Shown in pieces: positions 52,398 to 64,000 of a stretch of 64,000 nt of DNA. The DNA comes from Octopus sinensis (lineage: Eukaryota). Position 1 is the stretch's first letter, and every line of letters begins with the position of its first letter. The notes beneath the pieces were generated by a model. It saw nothing but the letters and a program-made list of their open reading frames with translations. It was not told the DNA's origin and did not search any database. The position numbers and the translations under genes are program-made. The stretch is taken from the NCBI RefSeq assembly GCF_006345805.1, contig NC_043003.1, positions 41,416,001-41,480,000 on the forward strand, read 5' to 3'.

Positions 52398-52660
52398 CTC
52401 TCTATATATATATATCTCCCTATCTATCTCTGTGTGAAATGTATGTGTGTGGATATGTGTGTGTGCATAATTTATATAAAGAAAACAGTTTACTCTGAGT
52501 TTTACATTTGGTTCCCAGACGTTTTCACTCTTTGATATATATAATAAATATATTCTATCCACACTCACAACGCATGAGGTATATATCAGTTAATATTTGA
52601 AAGATTGAAAATATATATTTGCATAGGATTTAAAAAAAAAACTTGCATTATGATATATAT

Positions 52661-52697
<37 letters not shown>

Positions 52698-54277
52698 TAC
52701 TCACATGTATGTGTGTGTGTGTGTGCATGCATGTATGTGTGTATATATAGTCCTTTTAAGTCTGTATAACGTCAGGAATAAATTTATAAATTTATCGTAG
52801 ATATAACATTTCTTTGTGCAAAACTTTAGTTGGAGATAAATGAATTATGAATAATTCACACATCAGAGAATTAATATATCAAAAACAAACCTGTGTAAAT
52901 GGAATGTCATTGCACAACATATCCATGTATATACATTGAAATAAACATGCATATATTATATCTCTTTTCTTTGTATATAGCAAAACTATACATTGAATGC
53001 TATACATACTGACCTCAACTTCAAAAAAAAAATATAGTACGCAAGACTTACAATTCTTCTTTTCACACGCTATGACGTTTGTACATATAATAGCTTGCAG
53101 TAAAAAAATTAAATTTTGGTTCAAAGGTAAAGTGAAGAAAATCACTGTAATAAAATTAAATATAAGCGATTAAATTTGGTGAAAAATCTGAAAACCATTC
53201 TTTTCGCATGCCTTTCTGGCCGGTGTTATTTTGCTAAGGGACATTAGTGACAAGAATCTGATCCGTCTGCGCAAACAAATATTTCTTTGTAGTACTGATT
53301 TGAAAATTAGTAAAACACAATGGAATATGCAATTTAGTTTTCTAGTCAGCGGGTATTTAGTTATAGTAAGATGGATACGCAAGGACACTGATTAACAAAT
53401 GACGATATTGTTAAGAAAATTTGGATTGGGAAAAAGTTTTTAAATGTATATATAATTTCTTACATGTGTATACACATACACACATACATGCAAGCACACA
53501 GTAATATGTGAGTATGTTTGTGTGTGTGTATGTGTGTAATATGTATGATTGTAATATATGTATCGGCAAAAATACGCTAACCAGATATACGCCATAAACA
53601 GTAATATATTGACTGATGATATAAAAATAAAACTGTCCTGATAAATTGAGTGAGCATTTCAACTGACGTATACACAATTAACTGTTTCTATCCTAAGAGC
53701 AAATCCTACTTTGAATTTTACTTTGGAAGATACGCATTTAGTTTTCAATTGTTTCGATACATAAACTTAGTTACTTTGTGCCAAATTTATTGTCACAATT
53801 ACTATGCAAGCAATTTATACATCTAAGTACCAGTAACTTTTGACTGTCATTAACACCTATTAAAAGCATTTTTTAAATATGCAAAAATTCCGTATCTATC
53901 GCAAATTATTGATTTCCCCCTTTTATTCTATGTGATATAATAACGAAAAAAATTAAGCGTGCATCGGTGATTTATGAATTTTCGTTTTAATTGCTCGATA
54001 TATGGGAAATAAATAATACATGAATCTACCGTTGATTTTTACTTATGCTTATCATTAGTAGTAGAATTTTAGTTATCAAAATCGCTTTAACTAGATGTTC
54101 TCCCCATCAAAGCATTTATAATGTTACAATGTGTTTCTGCAACGACTTTGTGAGCTCGCTAAACGGCAATGATATCACCAGCCATAGTCTCTCATGGAAG
54201 CAATGTCTGCAATCTAACCTAATGGCAAAAAGCTTCAAAGGAAAACTTTTCTGTACCTATTCAAATACTTAACTTAC

Positions 54278-54318
54278 ATATTACAGCAGAACCAGTTTTT
54301 CCTTACTGAACAAGAGTA
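54278..54318 (-). other. Candidate 41-nt micro-exon
   Basis: Minus strand tttttacAG | 41 nt | GTAAGT. Confidence 0.3.
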
Positions 54319-54619
54319 CTGTAAAAATAGTATCATTTCTAAATCAGGGCTTCTTGACAATTATTTTATCTCTTTAAGATTAAGTGTTACAAAAGTGGAC
54401 ACAAACAAGCATAATAAATTTCCGATACCCAAACTCATTGTTATGGCATATTTGCTCTTATTTTATAATTTCCCACAAATCCACTGAGTACAAATTCCAT
54501 ACAAATTTATTTAAATCATTACCATTGGTTTATTTTTAATATTACAGTTAGTAATCACATCTCTAATTCCTGTGCTATACTTATCTCTATTGACATACCT
54601 TCAAAAGAACTGAACTTAC

Positions 54620-54644
54620 AAATTTCGAAATCGTCGTCATCCGT
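54620..54644 (-). other. Candidate 25-nt micro-exon
   Basis: Minus strand ttacttgcAG | ACGGATGACGACGATTTCGAAATTT | GTAAGT. Confidence 0.3.
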
Positions 54645-54749
54645 CTGCAAGTAACTAATATCTATATTTCAAGTCAAGAATTTTTTCTTTTTCTCCTTAA
54701 TGAATTTATACATCTACTTGAAGCTCACTAAAACTGTAAATGTATGTGC

Positions 54750-54784
<35 letters not shown>

Positions 54785-55064
54785 GTATATAAGTACACAC
54801 AAAGATCCGCCAAGAACGAAGACATCACTAGTTTCCTGGCTAACAAAGAGGTCCAAGAAATTCTTCTTTCTATCATAAATCATCTACTGTCACTAATATC
54901 ACTACAAAGAATACCATGTGGCCCGTCTTGATCAATAGCAATCTGTTTGTGAGTAGCCATGTTGGCCTTAGTGTCAGTAGCCATCTCAGGTCGAACGTGT
55001 CAGGTCTTTATTATCAGCCACGGAAAATTTATGTCGCATGGAGGCGAATCAAAATGTTTTGAAT

Positions 55065-55095
<31 letters not shown>

Positions 55096-55113
55096 GCAAC
55101 AACAATAATAATG

Positions 55114-55176
<63 letters not shown>

Positions 55177-55815
55177 TATGCAGATTCTGCGATAGTGTAA
55201 TACAGTATTTACATTCGAGAATATTTAAACACTACAAACTCCTGCATACTCGTACGAAATCCTGAGCCAGTCGTTGAGGGTTAAATATCACTATCTTCTA
55301 GAATTTTCCAGTGAATACCGACAGAAGATTCTAGGCTAATCGACCAGACATAGACATTAAAGTAGGAAGAAAATATTTGTAGACTAATAGATGTAATTTT
55401 TGCCACTGATCAATATATATTTGTAAAGGAATTTGACAATTAAGTAAATATAAGGACCTGGAAATTGAAGCAGAAAAGATGTGGCATGTTAAAGCGGGCA
55501 TTGTTCCTATTATTGTGGGTTCCGTATATATGATAAGAAAGGAATGTCAGAAATAACTAGATAATATCTCAGGAGAACATTGTCTCAGAGAAATCCAAAA
55601 GATTGTGGTGACAAGTACAGCTACATCCTTAGAAAAACCCTATTCAATTTAAATGTCTTTGTTGTATTACATAAAAATATTTCCATCCTGCCCCTGCCAC
55701 TTCCTCTCTCCAAGCTTTCAGTCATGCTGTAACAGCTCTTATCCTTCACTCACCGTTGACCTTGCGTGAGTCTCGACAAGTGAGTCTCGACAATCAGGCA
55801 GATTAAATGTTGATA
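55177..55815 (+). mobile_element. Third R4/Dong-like 3' fragment in (AAT)n
   Basis: ICRFC..PEPVVEG..VNTDRR..ANRPDI..LIDV..LSKYKDLEIEAEKMW..VPIIVG; (AAT)n on both sides. Confidence 0.8.
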
Positions 55816-55835
55816 ACAACAACAACAACAACAAC

Positions 55836-55896
<61 letters not shown>

Positions 55897-56353
55897 GGGC
55901 TACAGCAAATATACTGCTCAATACGACAGATTTACTTGTCAGCTTTTTTACCTTAACCAGTTGAGCATGTCCCTTAGTGGCTGACGATATGTGCATCTCT
56001 GATCACGAGCAGAAGTAGTGGTGGAGCATCATAACCATATGTTGAGAGGGATTTTTGGGGTTTGAATAATTTACCTCTGGAAACATGGGTGTTTTTACAA
56101 CATGCTTAAACAACCCTTATTCAGGGACGTTTTGAGGGGGATGGGTTACTCGAATAGAAGAAAATTTTAACTGGGCCCCACCTACAAGGTCATGTGCTAT
56201 TTATCTTGAGATGAGATCACCATGTCGTGCACAAATGACTGTGATACATATGCCTAGTGTACCCTTATCAGACGGGTAGTCATGAAGGGTATACTGGTCT
56301 TCGTATATTTTACCTAAGTGTCGCTTCAATGGCATGCACTGCTCTCTCACTCA
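55897..56353. repeat. ~455-bp non-coding insert bounded by (AAT)n; probable non-autonomous element
   Basis: Sharp (AAT)n boundaries on both sides, higher GC than flanks, no convincing ORF. Single copy in this window. Confidence 0.4.
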
Positions 56354-56516
56354 ATAATAATAACAATAATAATAATAATAGTAATTATGATAATATATCT
56401 ATCAATGTATTAATGCGTATATATATATACGGCCGATGCACAGAGATTTTTTAATGGCGGTACCCCAGCATGGCCAGAGCTCTTGAGCTGAAACTAGATA
56501 AAATAAAAAATAAAAA

Positions 56517-56549
<33 letters not shown>

Positions 56550-56577
56550 CAAACATACATATGGACATTTTGTTTTT

Positions 56578-56916
56578 GAGACTCCCTTCGGTCATCACTG
56601 ACGACTGACCATAGATTGTACCTAGAAAGTTACCCTCCCGGCACAAATCCGGGCAAATCCGGACAAGGTTGTTTTATGGAAGACCAGCAGTCGCCCATGC
56701 ATAACGGGCTCCCCTCACTACTCTACCAGTGGAGGGAAAGGCAAAGCCCGATACAGCTTGACACCTGTGACGTCGCAACTCATTTCTACAGCTGAGTGAA
56801 CTGGAGCTACGTGAAATAAAGTGCATTGCTCAAGAACACAATAGGTAGCCCGGTCCGGTATTCGAACTCACAATCTCACGATCGTAAGCTCGACGCTCTA
56901 ACCACCGAGCCATGTG
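56578..56916 (-). mobile_element. tRNA-derived SINE, family D
   Basis: Minus strand catGGCTCGGTGGttagagcgtcg..gtGAGTTCGAATaccgg (A and B boxes), then tgtgttcttgagcaa..cactttatttcacg. Confidence 0.8.
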
Positions 56917-56925
56917 TTTAAATAA

Positions 56926-56957
<32 letters not shown>

Positions 56958-57175
56958 CTGTGTGTGTGTGATATGTATATATCTATATCTATATCTGTCT
57001 ATCTATCTATCTATATATATATCTATATATATACATATATATATATATATCTATATATATCTATATATATATATATATATATATACCGGAGTGAAACAAG
57101 GTGGAAAAAAGAGTACTCAAATACCAGTGGTAGAGTAATATGCTTTATTTAAAAGTAGCAGAAAATTCAACAAAC

Positions 57176-57213
57176 CTGTTACTCAAAGTTTCACGTTCCC
57201 GTTCGTCTGACAG
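57176..57213 (-). ncRNA. Minimal hammerhead, inverted copy with U4A change
   Basis: Minus strand ctgt CAGACGA acg ggaa cgt GAAAC tttga GTA acag. Confidence 0.7.
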
Positions 57214-57244
57214 TCGGACAATTTTGCTAGCAAAAACTGTCCGA

Positions 57245-57282
57245 CTGTCTGACGAACGGGAACGTGAAACTCTGAGTAACAG
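57245..57282 (+). ncRNA. 38-nt minimal type I hammerhead ribozyme
   Basis: ctgt CTGACGA acg GGAA cgt GAAAC tctga GTA acag: intact core, GNRA-capped helix II, GUA triplet. Confidence 0.88.
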
Positions 57283-57330
57283 GTTTTGTTGAATTTTCTG
57301 CTGCTTTTAAATAAGTATATATATACATAC

Positions 57331-57364
<34 letters not shown>

Positions 57365-57370
57365 ATAATA

Positions 57371-57418
<48 letters not shown>

Positions 57419-57613
57419 GTATATATATATGTATATATAAGTACGTATAAGTGTGTAAATATCCGTGCCTGCGTTTGCATATCAATGTGTATGCACTGCT
57501 GAATGAGTTATAACAGTTATGAGCAAAATAATATCTGTATGGCTTTACAAACCTATGTATGTATTAATGTGTATATTTATATATGTACATATCCCTGAAT
57601 ACTTATATATGTT

Positions 57614-57685
<72 letters not shown>

Positions 57686-58258
57686 TGCATACATACATTT
57701 ATATTTTTTTATGAATGATTTGAACAATGAATCGAATTACATAAATCATTCATGTATTTCCATGTCTGCGGTTGTGTTTGCATATCTATCTAACTCTTAA
57801 TCTATTTATCTGACCATATATCTTTCTAACCAAACACATATATCTGATTTTGTGTGTTCGATTGGTGGTTAGTTTCTGTATATTTAGTGAGTAATTGCAT
57901 ACTCTGACGGCGCCAGAAAAATGGCAATTACGTCAAAATTCTTCGGTCCATTGAACATTTCGTCATTAGTGAAAATAAAAGCATTTACTAAATTGATCAC
58001 TTCAAACAACACCATTTCCTCACGTGAGTCTCTCGATGTTTTCTACTAATCTACCTAATATATGTATGTGTGTATATATATATATATATATATGTAAATG
58101 TATATATAAATATATGTATGTATAAATGTAAGTGAATATATTTATATATATATTCATATTTGTATATAAATACATATATATATGGGTGTGTGTGTTTGTA
58201 TATATATATACTTATTCATATATACATACATATATATATGCGTGTGTGTACTGTTTGC

Positions 58259-58291
<33 letters not shown>

Positions 58292-58352
58292 TGTAAATAT
58301 ATTTATATATATATTCATATATACATATATATGTGTGCGTGTGTGTATAATG

Positions 58353-58396
<44 letters not shown>

Positions 58397-58929
58397 TAAA
58401 GGGAGAGAGAGAGATAGTTATGTATGCAGGTACTTATGTGTGAACGTGGGTGCATGTTTGTTTGCCTACTATCAATATATTTATTTCTACATCTATATTC
58501 ATATCTATATTTCTGCATTAAATCTACACACCGCAATACTCATGAATACGGTCATATTTGTGTACATATAGTATTTTTAACTTGTATTATTTCCTAACAT
58601 ACACAATCTCTCTAGCAATATATATAATATATATATATATTCGAAATAGTCATAATAGACATTTATTCCATACATAAACAGTCTTATTGAATTTGTTATA
58701 CTTTATGATCCAAAGTGTCACAATCTTTTGTCATGAATGTACGACCTGTTCTCTGACAGAATTCAAATGTAATGTAATAGTGTCGCAGACTAATTCATAT
58801 AACAACCATTCTAACACATTTCGATCCTTTATAATAAACCTACTACTACGCAAAATATAAATCAGAATATAATTGCATATGACCGTTTTAAAGTTCTACT
58901 TTTTCTATCAGTTTCATTTGAGAGCTAGG

Positions 58930-59032
<103 letters not shown>

Positions 59033-59223
59033 GTCTGTCTTTCTGCCACTCTGTCTGTCTTTCTGCTTGCCTGCCTGCCTGTATGTCTGTATGTGTAGCT
59101 GGTTTGCTAGATCTGTTAGTCTGTCTATCTGTTACATCCGCACACGCGCACACAGATACATATACACAAACACTCACCCAAACACACACACACACACACA
59201 CACCACACACACATATATATATA

Positions 59224-59474
59224 TTGGGTTGGTGCATAATTATTGCGGCGTTTTTCAGCAAATTTTATTCAACAAAAGCAATAACAATAGGTAACAAAAA
59301 CATCCTTAAATGACGATCTGACCCTCTGCCAAGCAAATGGGAAGAGGCAATTGAAGTAGATTGTGAATATGCTCCGGAATAATCATATAAAGACGTTTTT
59401 GTTCCATGTTGTTATTGTTTTTATTGAAAATATAATTGTTGGAAAAAAGCCGCAATAATTATGCACTAACCCAA
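59224..59474 (+). mobile_element. Mariner MITE
   Basis: TA-flanked TIRs ttgggttggtgcataattattgcggc / gccgcaataattatgcactaacccaa; internal remnant LPSKWEEAIEVDCEY resembles a mariner C-terminus. Confidence 0.9.
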
Positions 59475-59489
59475 TATACTCTTTTCTGT

Positions 59490-59625
59490 TCTAGGGGAGG
59501 GGCCTAGTCGATTACATCGACCTCAGTAATCAACTAGTACTTAATTTATCGACCCTGAAATGATGAAACGCAAAGTCGACCTCTGCGGAATTTGAACTCT
59601 TAACGTAAAACAGACGAAATACCGC
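59490..59625 (-). mobile_element. SINE family B fragment
   Basis: agtcgattacatcgacc..cttaatttatcgaccc..caaagtcgacctc..ggaatttgaactc. Confidence 0.75.
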
Positions 59626-59809
59626 TATATTAATTTATTGACAGTAACTTAGATGTTTCACCGGATGTATGCTTGCAATAAATGGACTTAATGAGTCAAA
59701 TGTCCAGCAAAAGATACAGACACCTCTCTCATAACCATATCATTAGACTTTACGCTGGTATTGTGTCACTTATTCATTTACAGTTCTTTGTTTATATGCA
59801 TATAGAAAC

Positions 59810-60110
59810 CTAGAGGTAAAAATCAAGACCAAGGCAGAGCGAGTATTTAATAATAAGTCAGAATAATTTAATAATTAAGTCAGAATAATTTAATTAGCGT
59901 GAAGTTATTGACCCTATCCTAATTAAATTATTGTAAATGACTTGAGATACTCGTTCTGCCTTGGTTTTGATTTTCCCTCTAATATAATACATACCTGCTA
60001 TAACGGAACACTGACACGGATCCCTACATCCAGCACTTACCCAGCGTACCTATTCATTTAGATCACAAATTAACTAAAACCATCATATTCTCTCTCTTAC
60101 TCTCCCCCCT
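59810..60110 (+). mobile_element. Small fold-back element with tail
   Basis: tagaggtaaaaatcaagaccaaggcagagcgagtat / atactcgttctgccttggttttgattttccctcta, inverted. Confidence 0.6.
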
Positions 60111-60127
60111 CTCTCTCTATGTATATA

Positions 60128-60718
60128 TTGTTGTTGTTGTTATTGGCATCCTTTTTGTCTCGGGAGAGAATGGAGTTGTCCGGATTTTACATCTCATGTC
60201 CTGATACATTTCCTGCTGTGGCTGTGTAGTCCTATCCTGTACCGCAAATGTAGCGAAGACTGTTCCTAGCTGGTTGTAGTGCCATAGTCTCTTGTTTTCG
60301 TCTCTTCCTTTCTTTCCATTTCTCCTCTCTCTCTTTCTGTCACTCCTTTGTATTCCCTCTTTTACGGTACGTCGTCAATCTCCACGGTTGCTGGCAATTG
60401 CTTCCCAACTGCTAATATTGATGTTGCAGGCCTTCATGTCACTTTTGCAAACATCCTTGTCACGTAAGAACGGTCTACCCACAGACCTAGTACCCCTAGC
60501 AAGATCTCCGTAGGGTATGTCCTTGGGGATTCTGCCATCTTTCATACGGCTAACATGCCCAAGCCATCTCATACGTCTTTGTGTGAGGAGTGCAAACATA
60601 CTTGGTATTCCTGCTTGCTTGAGAACATCTTTGTTGGGGATATGATTCGGAGGATGCGGAGGATTTTCCGGAGGCAGTGCAGGTGAAAGATGTTTAGGCG
60701 ACGCTCTTGGCGTGTGTA
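60128..60718 (-). mobile_element. RTE-clade LINE 3' end
   Basis: QRRMRWLGHVSRMKDGRIPKDIPYGDLARGTRSVGRP..KDVCKSDMK..WEAIASNR; (CAA)n tail at 60128-60142. Confidence 0.9.
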
Positions 60719-60722
60719 TAGC

Positions 60723-60780
<58 letters not shown>

Positions 60781-60784
<4 letters not shown>

Positions 60785-61052
60785 ATTATTGAAGTAGACA
60801 AATGAATTATCCTATTACGGATAATTCGAAAGATAACCGATACCTGGGTAGCAAAATTCACAACAGAAATGGCACGGTTGAAGTTACGACCATGGGGCAT
60901 AAAATCCGTGCCTTAGTGCGGAAATTTGAAGTTTTATATATTAAGTATAGGAAAGAATGGAGCTGAACGAAAATTTAACAAAACATATGTCGAAAATAAA
61001 ATAAAGGAATTTTGTTAAATCTTCGTTCAGCTCCATTCTTTCCTATACTTTA
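60781..61052 (-). mobile_element. (TA)n-flanked fold-back element with tail
   Basis: aagtataggaaagaatggagctgaacgaa / ttcgttcagctccattctttcctatactt, inverted; ~160-bp tail at left. Confidence 0.7.
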
Positions 61053-61132
61053 TATATATATATTATATATATATACATATATGAAAAAACAAGTCAAAAA
61101 TAGAAAATGCTAAAATAATTTTATAGTGAACA

Positions 61133-61176
61133 TTTCAGTACCGGTTTCGGTCATTTTGAGACCTTTTCAACTCTAA
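61133..61176 (-). ncRNA. Minimal hammerhead (U3-A8 variant), inverted copy
   Basis: Near-exact reverse complement of 62693-62736. Confidence 0.7.
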
Positions 61177-61260
61177 TGATTAAATAATTAAATTTAGAAA
61201 AATTAGAAGAAAAGTTTTTTTAAAGGAATATTTCTATAGTAGTGTTCAGATATAAGTGAT

Positions 61261-61980
61261 ACCATTATCACCAGGAACTATCCACCTTCACTTATTGACA
61301 AGTGCATTCAACGTGCCCTTCAACTTAACATCAAGGAACTGAGACATCCCAAATCAAAGAAAAACTTACAACCAAAAGCCTTACCATACATCTCCACACA
61401 CAACCCTCTCAATAACGAAGCCTTCGGCACCATCCTCCACAACATACCCCTCCTAAAAAAAGACCACAGAATGAACACGATCATAAAAAGCAAGAGACAG
61501 CCTAAATCCATGAAAAGTCTCCTAACACAAGCCCGAATTCACTCTTCAACACAGAAGCCGACAGTAAAAAAATGTGGAAGACCCAATTGCGGGATATGCG
61601 ACTATCTAATTGAGGGATCAGAGTTCTCCTTCCAACAGGGACAACGGTTTACAGTGAAAAGCAACTTCACATGTGCTTCGGAGAACCTAATATACTCACT
61701 AACCTGCTCCGGGTGTCAAGAGCAGTACATAGGCCAAACAAAAAATAGTTTGCGTAAACGAATGGCCCTGCACAGATCCCAGATAAAAATTCCCCAAAAC
61801 AGAAAAATAGCATTTAGCCAACACATAGATACTTGCGCCAACAAAAAAACACCAAGCTTCAGGATTTTCCCCCTCTACCAATTAAGGGACGATACAACCC
61901 CGAGACAACGAATAAGTAAAGAAAATCTCTTTATTACAAAATACAGGCCACTTCTTAACGGGTCTACGACAAACAATTAA
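61261..61980 (+). CDS. PLE ORF C-terminus: RT thumb end, zinc-finger linker, GIY-YIG endonuclease (5'-truncated, frame open)
   Basis: Stop-free from 61261: RNYPPSLID..LPYISTHNP..RQPKSMK..KCGRPNCGIC..FTCASENLIYSLTCSGCQEQYIGQT..LRKRMALH..FSQH..KENLFI..PLLN. Confidence 0.9.
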   Translation, partial: TIITRNYPPSLIDKCIQRALQLNIKELRHPKSKKNLQPKALPYISTHNPLNNEAFGTILHNIPLLKKDHRMNTIIKSKRQPKSMKSLLTQARIHSSTQKPTVKKCGRPNCGICDYLIEGSEFSFQQGQRFTVKSNFTCASENLIYSLTCSGCQEQYIGQTKNSLRKRMALHRSQIKIPQNRKIAFSQHIDTCANKKTPSFRIFPLYQLRDDTTPRQRISKENLFITKYRPLLNGSTTNN

Positions 61981-62692
61981 TATACCTCAACTTTAGAATG
62001 AAAGAAATATTCACACACAAGTGTTACATTCCAAGGAGTCCATTACTAATCACAGCTAAAATCACAGCTATAATACATAACATGCCAACTTCAAGTCATA
62101 CAACACCTCACTACTTTAACCCATTCATATTCTCCCTTCTCTGTTTTTTTCTTCTTCTTCCTCTTCTTCTCCATCATCATCATTATCATCATCATCGTCG
62201 TCATAATCATCACCACCATCATCATCATCGTCATCTTCTCCTTCTCCTTCTTCTTCTTCATCATCATCATCATCATCAACATCGTCATCTTCTTCTTCTT
62301 CTTCTTCTTCTTCTTCTTCTTCTTCTTCTTCTTCTACTTCTCCACCTTCTACCCCTTAACTTTGTCACTAATGTTTTTTAGTATAACACCTACGCAAATT
62401 CTATAAACAAGCCTTTCAATAGAAATATTCTCCTGAATTGAACTGCGACTGCCAGCCGCCACTGACCATTCAAAATACGACCATCAGGGCACTCCCAGAT
62501 TTTCCCACCCCCTTTCCTCATCAGCCTTCTTCCTCTACTACCCTACCAAGAACTCACAACGACCTCCAATACACAAGTGCAAACAAGGGAGTCAGAGAAA
62601 GGCAGAATTCCACTTATATCTGAACACTACTATAGAAATATTCCTTTAAAAAATATTTTCTTCTAATTTTTCTAAATTTAATTATTTAATCG

Positions 62693-62736
62693 TTACAGTT
62701 GAAAAGGTCTCAGAATGACCGAAACCGGTACTGAAA
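62693..62736 (+). ncRNA. Minimal hammerhead ribozyme with U3-A8 in place of C3-G8
   Basis: ttacag TTGAAAA ggtc tcagaat gacc GAAAC cg GTA ctgaaa; helix III is the palindrome ACCGGT. Confidence 0.78.
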
Positions 62737-63260
62737 TGTTCACTATAAAATTATTTTAGCATTTTCTATTTTTGACTTGTTTTTTCATATACATCAGCTC
62801 GTGTGTTCCTTTTCACCCTTATACATATATATATATATATCCTTTTCTGCTTAATTTAAATTTGATTCCTGATAAACACTTCTTTATTGTGTTATTGCCT
62901 GTATCCTAGGAGCATAATATGCTTGTATAGGTATGCCCAGGTTTAGCATAGTTAATTTATACCGGTAATAAAACCGGATATTATTATCCCTTAGACGGTT
63001 ATTCCAAACGCTAACCCTACTAACCTTTATATATAAATATATATAAAAGAAGTTTTGGTATCCAGACGACCCAAAAGGCAACTAAGGCTATGTAAGTGCT
63101 ACGGAAGAACCACTGTTAGACTCCCGGTTCTATAATAGTATGAGTGAGGAATCTAACGCGGGTCGTGTATGAGCGTGTACATGTTGAATAAAATGAGACA
63201 AAAAGGGTACATTGTGAAATTTTCTAGTGAAATTACTCGGACATTTGTAAAGAGAAATGT

Positions 63261-63310
63261 CGTCTTACAGCTGTTTCAGTTATATAAAAGACATTCCATC
63301 ATCAGAGATG
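63261..63310 (-). ncRNA. Minimal hammerhead (eroded helix II) in a further probable PLE 3' end (~63045-63513)
   Basis: Minus strand catct CTGATGA tggaat..aact GAAAC agct GTA agacg; palindromic AGCT loop. Confidence 0.65.
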
Positions 63311-63537
63311 ATATGAGAGAGTTAAATAGAAGGAAATAGTAGAGTTCAATACAGAAGATATTTTGAAAACGGATAGATATAGGAAGTATAAAGGGAAATA
63401 TGAGAATAAAAATATATGTTGGATGTTATAGCTGTAGTTCTATTATCCAAGGAATGTGCTGTGTAGATTGTGTAAAGAGGCCTCTTGCCCATGGTATGTA
63501 AATTCCGATAGGAATTGAACTCCTATCGGAATTTACA

Positions 63538-64000
63538 AAGTCCTGTCAAAAGGTCTCACACATCTACCTGGAATCACTCAGCTCGTGTACGTCTCGACCC
63601 GTCAAAGAACGAACTGTGGATTTGTTACTACGCTGTGTCCCCACCACGCGGGCCCATGGTATAGCTTTGATCCCCTCGCTTCTTAGAGCACGCGCTTTGA
63701 ATCTGTCAAAGAAACTTTAATGTTTCACATTGAAGTATTGCTCTAATGCCATTCCCGCCGCTGGTACGTCAGTTGCAATATTTCCAGGTCAACCCGGGAC
63801 CAGTTCTCCCTGGCAGTTCTTGTCACATTTAGCAGGACGGTATCCGCCCCTCCACGATTACGTATTCCAGAAGCTACCAAATATCATTTCCTGATGGGAT
63901 CCTAAGAATATGGACACTCGCTGTAGGTTTCCCCATGTTGGAGGGGTACATAATGACTTTGGTGGTTTTGCAAGGGGTCTTTGAGTGTTTCATAGCGAGG
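63538..64000 (-). mobile_element. Internally deleted L1/Tx1-like LINE: ORF1 piece fused to ORF2 linker
   Basis: KVIMYPSNMGKPTASVHILRIPSG..LLNVTRTARENW (ORF1, aligns with 1277-1579), then ALEQYF..RFKARALRSEG..WARV..QRSNKSTVRSL..MCETF (post-endonuclease linker). Confidence 0.6.

Larger units (their letters stand above)
57085..57315 (-). mobile_element. 230-bp (TA)n-flanked fold-back element consisting almost only of two hammerheads plus tail
   Basis: Arms ~57145-57228 and ~57229-57314 around tgctagca; ~60-bp tail at left. Confidence 0.8.
61078..62822 (+). mobile_element. 5'-truncated Penelope-like element (Neptune-like) with inverted pLTR, in (TA)n
   Basis: Inverted arms 61078-61258 and 62611-62790, ~30-bp tail 62791-62822, GIY-YIG ORF between them, hammerhead in each arm. 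Confidence 0.92.

Noticed and set aside
57900-57945. Hammerhead-like ctgacgg cgcca..tggc aattacgtc
   Set aside because: GAAA is missing and helix I is absent.

Overview
AT-rich, microsatellite-saturated animal DNA. The SINE families and the GC-expanded 18S suggest an octopod cephalopod (inference). No intact host gene is visible, and almost all long ORFs in the track are microsatellite or rDNA artefacts. The window holds: (1) about ten fold-back (inverted-repeat) elements sitting in or beside (TA)n tracts. Two carry Penelope-like (PLE) GIY-YIG coding remnants (Neptune-like 61261-61980; Nematis-like ~50150-50910). At least seven sequence-unrelated families carry a minimal type I hammerhead ribozyme, each with a different palindromic helix-III loop. 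This is the most interesting system here. (2) A ~6.4-kb minus-strand rDNA orphon: partial 18S, a scrambled 28S junction at the R2 target helix, three 1.25-kb spacer repeats and a probable ETS. (3) Three R4/Dong-like RLE retrotransposon copies in (TAA)n, plus CR1, RTE and L1/Tx1 fragments including an ORF1-only element. (4) Mariner/maT relics and many tRNA-derived SINEs. (5) A candidate ionotropic-receptor pseudogene and two candidate micro-exons. All calls were made by eye without database searches, and boundaries are approximate.
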